Shown here: one piece after another, positions 27,465 through 37,486 of the stretch | Position numbering within the stretch: the first letter of the stretch is position 1 | How the letters are laid out: every line of letters begins with the position of its first letter | NCBI GenBank assembly: GCA_013151235.1 | Contig: JAADIO010000006.1 | Coordinates: 1-61,869 of the forward strand | Source of the DNA: Deltaproteobacteria bacterium | GTDB lineage: Bacteria; CG2-30-53-67 | DNA: 61,869 nt | Reading direction: 5' to 3' | The notes under the pieces: model-generated | Databases searched by the model: none | What the model saw: only the letters and a program-made list of their open reading frames with translations | What the model was told of the DNA's origin: nothing | Position numbers and translations under genes: made by a program

Positions 27465-28016
27465 CTATAACTTGGGCAAGAGTTCCTGAAGATAGGCAAG
27501 GGGTTTCCCTGTTGACCACTCTTCCGGTCCGATAATTTTATTTAAGATTTTGCCTTCAGGACTGATAATAAACGTCTCCGGCACCCCCGTCGTCTGATAG
27601 AGTCTGGCCGCCTTTTGCTGATCGTCGATGAACATGGGAAAGGTATAGCCCCGGCTCTTGCGAAACCGCTCCACCACACCGGCATCGTTGTCGACACTAA
27701 CGGCCAGGATATGGAAAGGTTTCCCTTGCATCAGTTTATAAAGACGCTCAATGGACGGCATTTCCTCACGGCAGGGGGGACACCAGGTCGCCCAGAAATT
27801 CAGGAAAACCAGGCTGCCGCGGAAATCCGAGAGGGAAACCTCCTTCCCCTCAAGGTCACGGACGGTAAAATCGGGGGCCTGTATCTCCGCAGACGCAGGA
27901 CCTTTGCTGATCTGTCTCCTTTCGCCATGGCGGCCTCCCTCCTGAACCATATACGCAAGGACAAGCCCGGCAATGAAGAGCAATGGGATGATAATTTTCT
28001 TTCGAGTCAAAGCCAT
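27465..28016 (-). CDS. TlpA/ResA-family thiol-disulfide reductase
   Basis: N-terminal TM helix, APDF, LNFWATWCPPCREEMP and GVPETF. Confidence 0.92.
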   Translation of the reverse strand: MALTRKKIIIPLLFIAGLVLAYMVQEGGRHGERRQISKGPASAEIQAPDFTVRDLEGKEVSLSDFRGSLVFLNFWATWCPPCREEMPSIERLYKLMQGKPFHILAVSVDNDAGVVERFRKSRGYTFPMFIDDQQKAARLYQTTGVPETFIISPEGKILNKIIGPEEWSTGKPLAYLQELLPKL

Positions 28017-28027
28017 TGGATCCGTCC

Positions 28028-28576
28028 TTATCGTAAACGTTTATAACGGCCGATCAGGACCGTTTCTCCAAGTATGTGTCCTTCCATCGCATGTAACAAC
28101 GCCGATCTGTTCGCGCCGGGAGGCAGATCGAGCCTGCTGTCCAGCGCATATAACTTGAAATAATAACGGTGCGTTCCGGCCGGCGGGCAGGGACCGCCGT
28201 AACCGACCCGTCTGAAATCGTTGATCCCCTCGCAGGTACCATCGGCAAGCTGTCCTTGTGCCGGAATCGCTTCCGGAAATCCCCTGCTTTTCGCCGGAAT
28301 ATTATAGACCACCCAGTGGACCCACATCCCGGCCGGAGCATCGGGGTCCTCACAGATCAGGGCATACGACTCGGTCCCCGGAGGCGGGGAACGCCATGAC
28401 AAAACGGGAGAGATGTTTTCTCCGTCACAGGTATACCGGGGAGGAATCATCTTTTCCTGCTGAAAAACCGGGCTGGTGATCTCAAATGCCATGGCGGCAC
28501 CTCCCCTCTCCCAAACGCCGGCGCCCGGAAAACAGAGGAGATAAAAGACCGCAAGAAAAAACCATTTTCTGTTCAT
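28028..28576 (-). CDS. YbhB/YbcL (PEBP/Raf kinase inhibitor-like) protein
   Basis: YTCDGENISP, DPDAP, WVHW and YGGPCPP.GTHRYYF. A second in-frame start exists at 28492. Confidence 0.93.
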   Translation of the reverse strand: MNRKWFFLAVFYLLCFPGAGVWERGGAAMAFEITSPVFQQEKMIPPRYTCDGENISPVLSWRSPPPGTESYALICEDPDAPAGMWVHWVVYNIPAKSRGFPEAIPAQGQLADGTCEGINDFRRVGYGGPCPPAGTHRYYFKLYALDSRLDLPPGANRSALLHAMEGHILGETVLIGRYKRLR

Positions 28577-28782
28577 TACGGCACCTCATCGCCCCTCCCC
28601 GGATTTTAACCGGTCGGGACGCTCATATATATACTTTAAATCAATCTTTCTGTCCATGAAAAATGATGGATTCTTTCCGGTCCCTTATGAATAAAAAGGC
28701 CGCTCCCTTCGTATGCCTTGATAGAGATAAGACGGGAACGCCGAAATCGTTGAGTAATGAACTATCGAAAGGAGGGGAAATT

Positions 28783-29157
28783 ATGACACGAATTACATCC
28801 ATTTTGATCATGGCGCTGTTCATCACAACCCTGGCCGTATCGCCGGCCACAGCAGGAAACAGGAGCCGGCATCGTTGGCAGGGAGTAGCGATCGGTGCCG
28901 CATCAATGTTTTTATTGAACCACCTGATCGGCGCCCCGCCCGCCTACGGCCGGCCAGCCTGCCGGACAACCGTCCGGTATGTGGAGGTCCCTCCCCCGCC
29001 GGGGCATTATGAAAAACGGTGGGTCCCACGGGAGCGTTGGGAACGGTTCTGGGTCCCCGGACACTATACACGCCGAGGCCGTTACATCGAAGGGCACTAC
29101 GAACAGGAGTCTATCGATGACGGCGGATGGGAAAGCATCTGGGTCCCGGGATACTAA
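28783..29157 (+). CDS. Secreted hypothetical protein with WVPG/GHY (YxWGxW-like) repeats
   Basis: AGGAGG RBS, signal peptide, WQGVAIG and PPPPGHY...WVP...WVPGHY...WVPG. Confidence 0.7.
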   Translation: MTRITSILIMALFITTLAVSPATAGNRSRHRWQGVAIGAASMFLLNHLIGAPPAYGRPACRTTVRYVEVPPPPGHYEKRWVPRERWERFWVPGHYTRRGRYIEGHYEQESIDDGGWESIWVPGY

Positions 29158-29189
29158 GGGGTCCTGTTCGCAAGTCCTGTGACGCACCG

Positions 29190-29287
29190 AGAGAGTTGCA
29201 GGACGGCCTCATCAAGGCGTGCGAGAAAGTACACCCCTGTGGTACGATGAGGGAGCACAACAAGAGGAGGCCGCCCTGCGGCACTCA
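29190..29287. repeat. Intergenic imperfect palindrome between convergent genes (degenerate MITE-like or terminator)
   Basis: Inverted arms gagttgcaggacggcctc ... gaggccgccctgcggcactc with an inner gtac...gtac hairpin. Confidence 0.45.
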
Positions 29288-29303
29288 AATGCCGTTATCA
29301 TGA

Positions 29304-30830
29304 TTATTTTTTCTCACCTCGGACGGCAAAGTAAAGTGTGTTCGCTCCCCGTTTGACCCAGAAGAGCGAGGGCTCACCCTTCTTCTTCAAGCTCAGAGCC
29401 TTCCGATAGTCCTGAATCGTTCGGACCGGTTTCTGATTCACCTCCTGAATGATATCTCCCCGCCGGATCCCGGCCTCCGCTCCCGGACTGTATCGCTCCA
29501 CATCGACGACGACAACCCCTTCATTCGTCTGCAGATCAAAATAATCGGCCAGTTCCGGTGTGATTCCCTGGACCTTGATCCCCAGATCACCGACGCTTTC
29601 CACTGCCTGCTGCACGGTCTTTTTCTCCTGCAATTTTCCGATTTTTACGACAAGGGTCTTGCTTTTCCCTTTGCGCAGCAAAACAACCTCGACTTTTTTC
29701 CCGACGGGTGTGGAGGCAACCAGCGAAGGGAGATCCCGCATCTTGCCGATCTTTTTCCCATCGAACTTGATGATCACATCCCCTCGCTCCAATCCGGCTT
29801 TTTCCGCCGGTCCCCCTTTGACGATATTCGCAACAAGGGCACCGTCGATATTCTTCAGATTCATACTCTCGGCAAGATCGGGGGTGATGTGCTGAACCAT
29901 CACACCCAGCCATCCCCGGGTCACACTCCCCTTCTCTTTCAATTGCGGCAGGATCTTCATGGCCACATTGATGGGGATGGCAAACCCGATCCCCTGTCCA
30001 CCGGCCACGATGGCCGTGTTAATGCCGATCACCTCTCCATGGACGTTGAAAAGGGGACCCCCGCTGTTGCCGGGGTTGATGGAGGCATCGGTCTGGATAA
30101 AGTTATCATAAGGACCGGATCCGATGACACGCCCCTTGGCGCTGACGATACCGGCCGTCACGGTCTGTTCCAGGCCGAAGGGGTTGCCGATGGCCACCAC
30201 CCATTCGCCGATCTGGAGCTTGTCGGAATCCCCGATATTCACCACCGGCAGATCATCTTTATCGTCGATCTTGATCAAGGCGATATCGGTCTTCGGGTCA
30301 CGCCCGATCAATTTGGCTTTAAACTCCTTTTCATTGGAGAGCTTGACCGTAATCTCCGTCGCGTTTTCGATGACATGGTTGTTCGTCAGGATATATCCCG
30401 CCTTATCGATAATGAAACCGGAGCCTAAGCTTTTCGATTTAAACTCATGGGGCGGCTGATCCCCGAAAAATCTCCGGAAAAAATCATCGCCGAAAAAATC
30501 ATCCAGCGGGTTCCGGCCCTGCCTCATCCGGGGGTGGTTAAAGCCCCCCTGTTTCACCACCTGCGTTGTACTGATATTCACCACAGCGGGCTTTTCCTTC
30601 TTGACCAGCTCGACGAAAGAGACCATCCCCGTCGACCGGACCGGGACCGGGTGGGAGATCAGGGGCTTCACCACGGTATTCGCCAAAGGAGGGGCCGCCT
30701 TGTGAGGCTTGAAAAAATCAAAGGCCGCACCGGCAGGTTTGATCCAGCCCGGATAAGCGGAGATCAACAATCCGCACAGAAAGGACAGAACAATAGCCGC
30801 AAGGAAGGTTGTCCTTTTTTGATTACCCAT
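29304..30830 (-). CDS. degP: Do/DegQ-family serine endoprotease (HtrA, two PDZ domains)
   Basis: LGSGFII, LTNNHV, DIALIK, QTDASINPGNSGGPL and two PDZ domains. Confidence 0.93.
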   Translation of the reverse strand: MGNQKRTTFLAAIVLSFLCGLLISAYPGWIKPAGAAFDFFKPHKAAPPLANTVVKPLISHPVPVRSTGMVSFVELVKKEKPAVVNISTTQVVKQGGFNHPRMRQGRNPLDDFFGDDFFRRFFGDQPPHEFKSKSLGSGFIIDKAGYILTNNHVIENATEITVKLSNEKEFKAKLIGRDPKTDIALIKIDDKDDLPVVNIGDSDKLQIGEWVVAIGNPFGLEQTVTAGIVSAKGRVIGSGPYDNFIQTDASINPGNSGGPLFNVHGEVIGINTAIVAGGQGIGFAIPINVAMKILPQLKEKGSVTRGWLGVMVQHITPDLAESMNLKNIDGALVANIVKGGPAEKAGLERGDVIIKFDGKKIGKMRDLPSLVASTPVGKKVEVVLLRKGKSKTLVVKIGKLQEKKTVQQAVESVGDLGIKVQGITPELADYFDLQTNEGVVVVDVERYSPGAEAGIRRGDIIQEVNQKPVRTIQDYRKALSLKKKGEPSLFWVKRGANTLYFAVRGEKK

Positions 30831-30994
30831 CGTATGGTACCTCCATGAGGATGTTAAAAGATCCGGCCTGCTCCCTGCTGCAATCAGGAATGAGGATGCC
30901 GGGGATGTTATGAAACTTTATGTAGATATCGCAAAATAGATCTTTTGACAATCTTTTTTTTCAACCCGCGTGGAAGGAAAACTCGGAAGCGAAT

Positions 30995-31026
30995 AAAAAA
31001 AACTGCCCGCGAAAATTCACGGGCAG
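30995..31026 (-). terminator. Terminator after the DUF4388 gene
   Basis: Minus-strand ctgcccgtgaattttcgcgggcag followed by T8. Confidence 0.7.
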
Positions 31027-31061
31027 ATCCTTTTTCAGACACAAACAATTATGGATGATCC

Positions 31062-31517
31062 CTAATCGACGGCCATCCGGTCGATAATATCGGTGAGGCT
31101 GACATGGATATCATCGGAGGCAACAACCTCTTTTTCCTGGAAGGTAAAACAGACGTTCTTCCAGGTACTGAAATCCTGGATGGCCGAAAAGATCTGCTCC
31201 TTGACCATGGTCTGGATACAATAATTATCGACTTTCCCGTTTTCGACAAAGATCTTGCCGATTTTGCCGCTTTCCGGGTTGGTCCTCTGCTTATGCAGAG
31301 AGTGTTCAACATCCTGTAACGTAACCATTCCTTTCAAAACGAGGAGATCTCCGATGGCCGTTGAACTCGGCGCATCGGAATCAACGATATTGCCGTTGAG
31401 AAACCGCAGCGTCCCCTTCCCCCGTTCCGTCTCCAAAGTCAGTTCGCCTGTTTTCTGTTGCAAAGAGGTGATCAAGAGTATATCTTCCAGTGTGTATCCG
31501 TCAGCGAAATGGGCCAT
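31062..31517 (-). CDS. DUF4388-domain protein with an MshEN-like insert
   Basis: LEDILL...QKTGEL...GTLRFLNGNIV; IGDLLVLKGMVT..DVEHSLHKQ...KIGKIFVENG; W...FTFQE. Confidence 0.75.
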   Translation of the reverse strand: MAHFADGYTLEDILLITSLQQKTGELTLETERGKGTLRFLNGNIVDSDAPSSTAIGDLLVLKGMVTLQDVEHSLHKQRTNPESGKIGKIFVENGKVDNYCIQTMVKEQIFSAIQDFSTWKNVCFTFQEKEVVASDDIHVSLTDIIDRMAVD

Positions 31518-31741
31518 CTTTCCCTCCTCCCGTTATCCTCAATCCCTAAAATCATTATTTCATCCTTTTTCGGATATGTCAAAATATTTATTTCAAAACA
31601 ATGACATAAAGAATGAAAAAATCCAATACAAGATATTGTGGTATTTGCCATGATGGAATCATCTTGTTGTATTTTTATCTTTACTTTGCTCCGGCTTTTA
31701 TGTTATAGATCCATGCAAAATCACAGACAGGGAGACCGGCC

Positions 31742-34700
31742 ATGCGATTTAAAAGCATCGAGGTTACGGGTTTTAAATCCTTCGCGGAAAGGACGAAAGT
31801 CAATTTCCAGCGGGGGATTACCGCTATTGTCGGCCCCAACGGGTGCGGAAAGAGTAATGTTTCCGATGCAATCCGGTGGGTGCTGGGCGAACAAAGTGCC
31901 AAACAGATCCGCGGGGAGAAGATGGAGGATCTCATCTTCAGCGGCACCCGTTCCCGGGCCCCCATGGGAATGGCGGAAGTCAACCTCGTGGTCACGGATC
32001 TCGACCCGAACGCGACGAATGACTTCTCCGTCTTTGATGAGATCCAGATCACGCGGCGCTACTACCGATCCGGAGACAGCGAATACCTGATCAACCGGAT
32101 CCCCTGCCGGCTGAGCGATATCCGGGAACTCTTCATGGATACCGGAATGGGAGCCAAGGCCTATTCGATTATCAGCCAGGAGAGCATCACCTCCATCCTG
32201 AATGCAAAACCGAAGGAACGGCGGTACCTCTTTGAAGAGGCCGCCGGCATCTCCAAATACAAGGCACGAAAAGATGAAGCCCTCCGCAAACTGGAACGGA
32301 CACAGGACAACCTCTCCCGGGTCCGGGATATCATCGCGGAGGTTACCCGCCAGAGAAATTCCCTGAACCGTCAGGCGAAAAAGGCCGAACGGTACAAAAA
32401 ATACAGAAAGGAAATCCGTGAAGTGGAACTTCACCTCTCCTCTCACGATTATGCCTCCCTGCAGGAAGAGTGGAACAACCTGGAAAAACAGTTTGCGGAA
32501 AACAAGCGGCAGGAAACGGAGCTGCTGACCCTCTCCACGGCCAAGGAGACACAGATTGAAGACCTGGAGCTGGACGTACTGGACCGGGAGAAAGCGTTGG
32601 GTGTGCTGCGGGATGAGGTTCGGGAGGTTGAGTCGAAGATTACCGCTGAAGAGAACCGAATCGAAGTATTAAACGGAAATATCGCGCACCTTTTCTCCAC
32701 GACGGAAGGAGCAGAAAAAGAGATCCGTCGGTTGCAGGAAGAGATCATCGAGATAGAGAAAAACATCGCCCGCTTAGAGGACGAACGACGCGTCCTTGCC
32801 GCAAGAAACGCCGAGCAGGAAGAGACCCTCCGGGAAAAGCTGAATGCCTGTGATGCCCGCCGGGCCGTCCGTGATGAAAAGGAACAGGTCCTGGAAAACG
32901 AGAAAAACCGTCTCTTTGAATTAAAACAGCAGATCAGCGTTCTGCAAAACCGGATCGAAAACCTGATACAGCGGCAGGAGACGCTGATCGAGGAGCACCG
33001 CGGCTATGACCGGAACCGGACGGAACAGATGGAACTCCTCGCCGGGAATCGCCGGCGCCTTACCGAAAAAGAGGAGAACCTCCGGACGAAGAAAGACCGG
33101 ATGGAAGCCGTACGCAGCGAATACGATGCCATTCTCCATCACCTTGAAGAAAAGCAGGAGTCTCTATCGGTCGTCATGGAAACCGTTTCCCGACTTCGGG
33201 AACAGATCGGCCAGGAGAACTCCCGGCTGGAGACCCTGCAGGAACTTCAGGAAAACATGGAGGACTATGATGACGGGATCCGGACTCTTGTCCGGGAGAC
33301 ATCGACGGCGGAAAACACTGATCTGCCCCACTTTCACTCCTTTGTGGCGGACCTCTTCGAGTCCGATCCGAAAGTGGAAACCGCCATCGAAGCCGCAATC
33401 AGTAACCGTTATCAGAGCCTTGTGATCGATGATCTGGACGATGCCCTCCGTTCCGTCGCCCACCTGAAGAAGCATCAGATCGGCCGGGGCTCCTTCATCC
33501 CGTTACAACCGAAGCTCAGGGAACGCGCTCCCTTCGTCCCCCGGGAAGGAGCGGGGATCGTCGGCGAGGCACTTCAACTGGTTCGGTTTGCTCCTGAATA
33601 CCGCGGCGTCGCGGAGTACCTGCTGGGTGATGTCGTCGTTATGGAAAACCTGGATCAGGCGGTCTCCCTCTTCCGGACGAACGGTTTCCGCCGTACCCTG
33701 GTAACGCTGAACGGAGAGATCCTTGATCCGTCAGGTGCGATCGAAGGGGGGATCTCCCGACAGAAGGGGGGTGGTTTTATCCGTCGGAAACGGGAAATCC
33801 GGGAACTCACTCATTCCCTGGCGTCTCTGAAAACCCGGTTGCAACAGGCGGTTGAAGAACGGGACGGATTGCAGCAGGAAATTGCCGCAATCCGGCAACA
33901 AAAGGGAGAGCTTTTTGCAACCCTGGAAAAGATGGAACAAGCCGACCGGGAAGAAGAAAAAGAAATTGCCTCTCTCCATCATGAAGCGGAATATCTCGAA
34001 CGCAAGATCGAGAGTCTCGCCCGGGAGGATGAAATAAGATCCCGGGAGATTGAATCGATCCGGGAACATCTTGCTCTCCTGCGGAGCGAAGGAGAAACAT
34101 TGGAGGAGAAACAGAAACTGCTGGAATCCTCCACAGCGGCCCTGCTGCAAGAGATCGGAGAATTACGGGCCGGAATCGAAGAACAGCGGAAAACCATTAC
34201 CGAGGCACGCATCAAAATCGCAGCGGACCGGGAACGAAATGCTTCTCTGGATTCCCATGCCGAGAACAGCCGCCGGAACCTTGAAAATCTTCGGAACCTG
34301 ATCACTGCCCGTCGCCGGGAAATTGAAGAGGCTCAAAGGCGAATCGTCCAGGTCAAAGAGGAAAAGACGGCCACCGAAACGAAAATCCATCACCTCATCG
34401 ACAAACAGGAAGAAGTCCGCACCCGCCTTGCAGCGGAACAGGATCTCTTCGAAAACAGACGGGACGAATTGCACGGAGAACAGGAGGCCTTCAAGGAGTT
34501 ACGCCGCCGAACGGAAACGCTCACCCGGGACATCTATAACCTGGGTGTCCGCCGGACGGAACAGTCAATGAAAATGGAACAGTTGCACGCAAAGATTGAG
34601 GAACGATATCAGATCGACCTGGAAGAGATTTTCTCCTCTTATCAGGAAAAAGAACTCGATCGGCCCGTGGCCGCTGAACGGTTGGATGAATTAAACCGGA

Positions 34701-35332
34701 AGATCGACCAGATGGGTGCCGTCAACATCATGGCCATTGAGGAATTTAATGAGCTTCAGGAACGTTTTGATTTTCTGAGCGAACAGGAGACAGACCTGCA
34801 GGAATCGGTCAACAGCCTGATGGCCGCCATACGGAAGATCAACCGGACCTCGCGGCAACGTTTCCAGGAAGCCTTCGATGCCATCAACGAAAAATTCAAA
34901 ACGGTTTTTACAACCCTGTTTCAGGGAGGGCAGGCGGAGCTGAAACTGGATGCCGGAGAAGATGTGCTGGATGCAGGAATTGACATTATCGTACAACCTC
35001 CCGGGAAAAAGCTGCAACAACTCTCCCTTCTTTCCGGCGGAGAAAAAGCATTGACCGCCGTGGCACTCATTTTTGCAGGTTTTCTCGTTAAACCGAGCCC
35101 TTTTTGTCTGCTGGATGAGGTTGATGCTCCCATGGATGACACCAATGTCAACCGGTACACGGAGATGATCAAGGAGATGAGCGAGAAGACCCAATTCATC
35201 GTTATTACCCATAACAAAAATACGATGGAACAAGCGGACGCTCTCTACGGTATTACCATGCAGGAACCCGGGGTCTCCAAGATGGTTTCCGTCCGGTTCA
35301 ACGACGGGCACGAGGCACAGATGACTGCATAG
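31742..35332 (+). CDS. smc: Chromosome segregation protein SMC
   Basis: GFKSF, VGPNGCGKSN, long coiled coils with a hinge, LSGGEKALTA and LLDEVDAP. Confidence 0.98.
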   Translation: MRFKSIEVTGFKSFAERTKVNFQRGITAIVGPNGCGKSNVSDAIRWVLGEQSAKQIRGEKMEDLIFSGTRSRAPMGMAEVNLVVTDLDPNATNDFSVFDEIQITRRYYRSGDSEYLINRIPCRLSDIRELFMDTGMGAKAYSIISQESITSILNAKPKERRYLFEEAAGISKYKARKDEALRKLERTQDNLSRVRDIIAEVTRQRNSLNRQAKKAERYKKYRKEIREVELHLSSHDYASLQEEWNNLEKQFAENKRQETELLTLSTAKETQIEDLELDVLDREKALGVLRDEVREVESKITAEENRIEVLNGNIAHLFSTTEGAEKEIRRLQEEIIEIEKNIARLEDERRVLAARNAEQEETLREKLNACDARRAVRDEKEQVLENEKNRLFELKQQISVLQNRIENLIQRQETLIEEHRGYDRNRTEQMELLAGNRRRLTEKEENLRTKKDRMEAVRSEYDAILHHLEEKQESLSVVMETVSRLREQIGQENSRLETLQELQENMEDYDDGIRTLVRETSTAENTDLPHFHSFVADLFESDPKVETAIEAAISNRYQSLVIDDLDDALRSVAHLKKHQIGRGSFIPLQPKLRERAPFVPREGAGIVGEALQLVRFAPEYRGVAEYLLGDVVVMENLDQAVSLFRTNGFRRTLVTLNGEILDPSGAIEGGISRQKGGGFIRRKREIRELTHSLASLKTRLQQAVEERDGLQQEIAAIRQQKGELFATLEKMEQADREEEKEIASLHHEAEYLERKIESLAREDEIRSREIESIREHLALLRSEGETLEEKQKLLESSTAALLQEIGELRAGIEEQRKTITEARIKIAADRERNASLDSHAENSRRNLENLRNLITARRREIEEAQRRIVQVKEEKTATETKIHHLIDKQEEVRTRLAAEQDLFENRRDELHGEQEAFKELRRRTETLTRDIYNLGVRRTEQSMKMEQLHAKIEERYQIDLEEIFSSYQEKELDRPVAAERLDELNRKIDQMGAVNIMAIEEFNELQERFDFLSEQETDLQESVNSLMAAIRKINRTSRQRFQEAFDAINEKFKTVFTTLFQGGQAELKLDAGEDVLDAGIDIIVQPPGKKLQQLSLLSGGEKALTAVALIFAGFLVKPSPFCLLDEVDAPMDDTNVNRYTEMIKEMSEKTQFIVITHNKNTMEQADALYGITMQEPGVSKMVSVRFNDGHEAQMTA

Positions 35333-35390
35333 TCGTGTTTTCTGTTGGGAGGCCCGCCATCCAGAAACCCTTTGGGAACTCCATACAACC

Positions 35391-37430
35391 ATGGACTCCG
35401 GCAAGCATCTACACCGAGGCTCAAACCTTTCCGATCTTCAAAATCGTCTTTACGCCGAACAGGTAGAACAGATTGAGAAGGTCTTTCCCCTCGGACTGCT
35501 GGCAACCCTGATCAACGCCACGGTTCTCGTAGTTCTTTTCTGGGAAGTGACGTCCCACATCCGGTTACCTGTCTGGTTTTTCATGATTCTGGTCCTGACG
35601 ATCCTGCGGCACCCGAAGATCTATCAGAAACACCCGCTCCTGTCGGGGCCCTCTTCCCTCCTCTTCCGCGGCAGAATTCTAATGATCGGCGCCGGACTCT
35701 CCGGGATCCTCTGGGGGTCCACGGCGATCTTTCTCTTCCCGGAAAACTCTCTGGTACACCAGACCTTTCTCGCCTTCATTCTGGGCGGCATGGTCGCGGG
35801 TGCAGCAGGGGCCTATTCCGTCCTGATGCCGGTATTCTTCTCTTTCAGTTTCCCGGCCCTGGTCCCCTTGATCATCCGGTTTTTTATTCTCGGCGGGAAA
35901 TTCCATTTCTCCATGGGGGGAGTGCTCTTACTCTTTGCACTGATCATGTGGGGAACGGCGAAACGATACAATCAAACTTCCACGAACAATTTTGCCCTTC
36001 GTCTCCGGAACAGCGATCTCGTCACGGTCCTTGCGGAATCGAAGGACCGGGCGGAAAAGTTCAACGAGGAACTGCAACAGGAAATTCAGACGCGAAAAGT
36101 TGCGGAAGAGGAACTGAAAAAACAGGAAGAACAACTGGCCGACCTGGTGGAAGAGCGCACAGCAGAACTGGTTGAGGCTCACCGGGAACTACAAAAGGAA
36201 TTTGACGAACGGAAACGGTTGGAACTGGAACTGATCAAATCAGCCAAACTGGAATCCCTCGGTGTGCTTGCGGGCGGCATTGCACACGATTTCAATAACC
36301 TTCTGACGGGGATTCAGGGGAACATCTCTCTGGCGACTCTCGACGCAGTTCCCGGCAGTCCGCAGGAATCGACGCTGAAGGAGGCGGACAAGGCCTGCAC
36401 ACGGGCCACGTCTCTGACCCATCAATTGCTGACCTTCTCCAAAGGAGGAAACCCGGTCAAGACCACTCTCCACATCAACGAAATCATCACGGAAACGGCC
36501 GGATTCGTCCTGCGGGGCTCCAACGTGAAGTGTGTCTATCATCTGCCCGAGGATCTCTGGAATGTGGAAGCCGATGAAGGGCAGATCGGGCAGGTCATCC
36601 AGAACCTGGTGATTAACGCCGATCATGCCATGCCGAAGGGAGGGACCCTGAACGTCCGGGGGGAAAACATCCATCTCGACCAGGAGAACCCAAACGGTCT
36701 GCCGGAAGGAAACTATATCCGGATCACCTTCCGGGATGAGGGATGTGGAATCGACGGGGAGGATCTATCCCGGATCTTCGATCCCTACTTTACGACCCGG
36801 GAAGGGGGAAATGGTCTCGGCCTCAGCTCCGCCTATTCAATTCTACAGAAACATGGCGGCAGCATCACCGTGAGATCCGAACCCGGAAAAGGCGCAACCT
36901 TTGCGATCCTGCTGCCGGCTTCCATGAAGAAGGAGCTTCCAACCCAGCCGGAACGAGGGAGTTTGTCCGTCGGTTCGGGACGGATACTGGTCATGGATGA
37001 CGAAGAACTCATCCGCAAAACCTTAAGCCGGATGCTGGAAAAACTTGGATATAAAACGGACGGCGTCGGCAATGGAACGGAAGCTCTCGAATCCTACCGG
37101 AAGGCCCTGCAGGAGGGGAACCCCTACCGTGCCGTCATCATGGACCTCACCATCCCCGGCGGCATGGGCGGCAAGGAGGCCGTCCGGAAACTGCTCAAGA
37201 TCGATCCCGGAGCAAAGGTCATCGTCTCCAGTGGTTATTCACAGGATGAGATCCTCGCAGAGTATCGTCGTTACGGTTTCTCCGGGATCATGACGAAGCC
37301 TTATGAGACCCGGAAACTGTCCGGAGTGCTCGAAAGGGTTCTGCAGGACTCCTCCGCTCCGGTCACCGCCGAACCTGAAGATCATCATCGTCAGTCGCAG
37401 TCTTTCCCGGATGATCCGTATCAGTCATGA
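35391..37430 (+). CDS. Hybrid membrane sensor histidine kinase / receiver
   Basis: Five to six TM helices, LAGGIAHDFNNLL, NLVINA, GNGLGLS and a C-terminal receiver (MDLTIPG). Confidence 0.93.
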   Translation: MDSGKHLHRGSNLSDLQNRLYAEQVEQIEKVFPLGLLATLINATVLVVLFWEVTSHIRLPVWFFMILVLTILRHPKIYQKHPLLSGPSSLLFRGRILMIGAGLSGILWGSTAIFLFPENSLVHQTFLAFILGGMVAGAAGAYSVLMPVFFSFSFPALVPLIIRFFILGGKFHFSMGGVLLLFALIMWGTAKRYNQTSTNNFALRLRNSDLVTVLAESKDRAEKFNEELQQEIQTRKVAEEELKKQEEQLADLVEERTAELVEAHRELQKEFDERKRLELELIKSAKLESLGVLAGGIAHDFNNLLTGIQGNISLATLDAVPGSPQESTLKEADKACTRATSLTHQLLTFSKGGNPVKTTLHINEIITETAGFVLRGSNVKCVYHLPEDLWNVEADEGQIGQVIQNLVINADHAMPKGGTLNVRGENIHLDQENPNGLPEGNYIRITFRDEGCGIDGEDLSRIFDPYFTTREGGNGLGLSSAYSILQKHGGSITVRSEPGKGATFAILLPASMKKELPTQPERGSLSVGSGRILVMDDEELIRKTLSRMLEKLGYKTDGVGNGTEALESYRKALQEGNPYRAVIMDLTIPGGMGGKEAVRKLLKIDPGAKVIVSSGYSQDEILAEYRRYGFSGIMTKPYETRKLSGVLERVLQDSSAPVTAEPEDHHRQSQSFPDDPYQS

Positions 37431-37486
37431 TTGCCCCCCCCGGCTTTTCATCGGGACTCAGCCGATCAATCCCCTGGATCAAGGAA

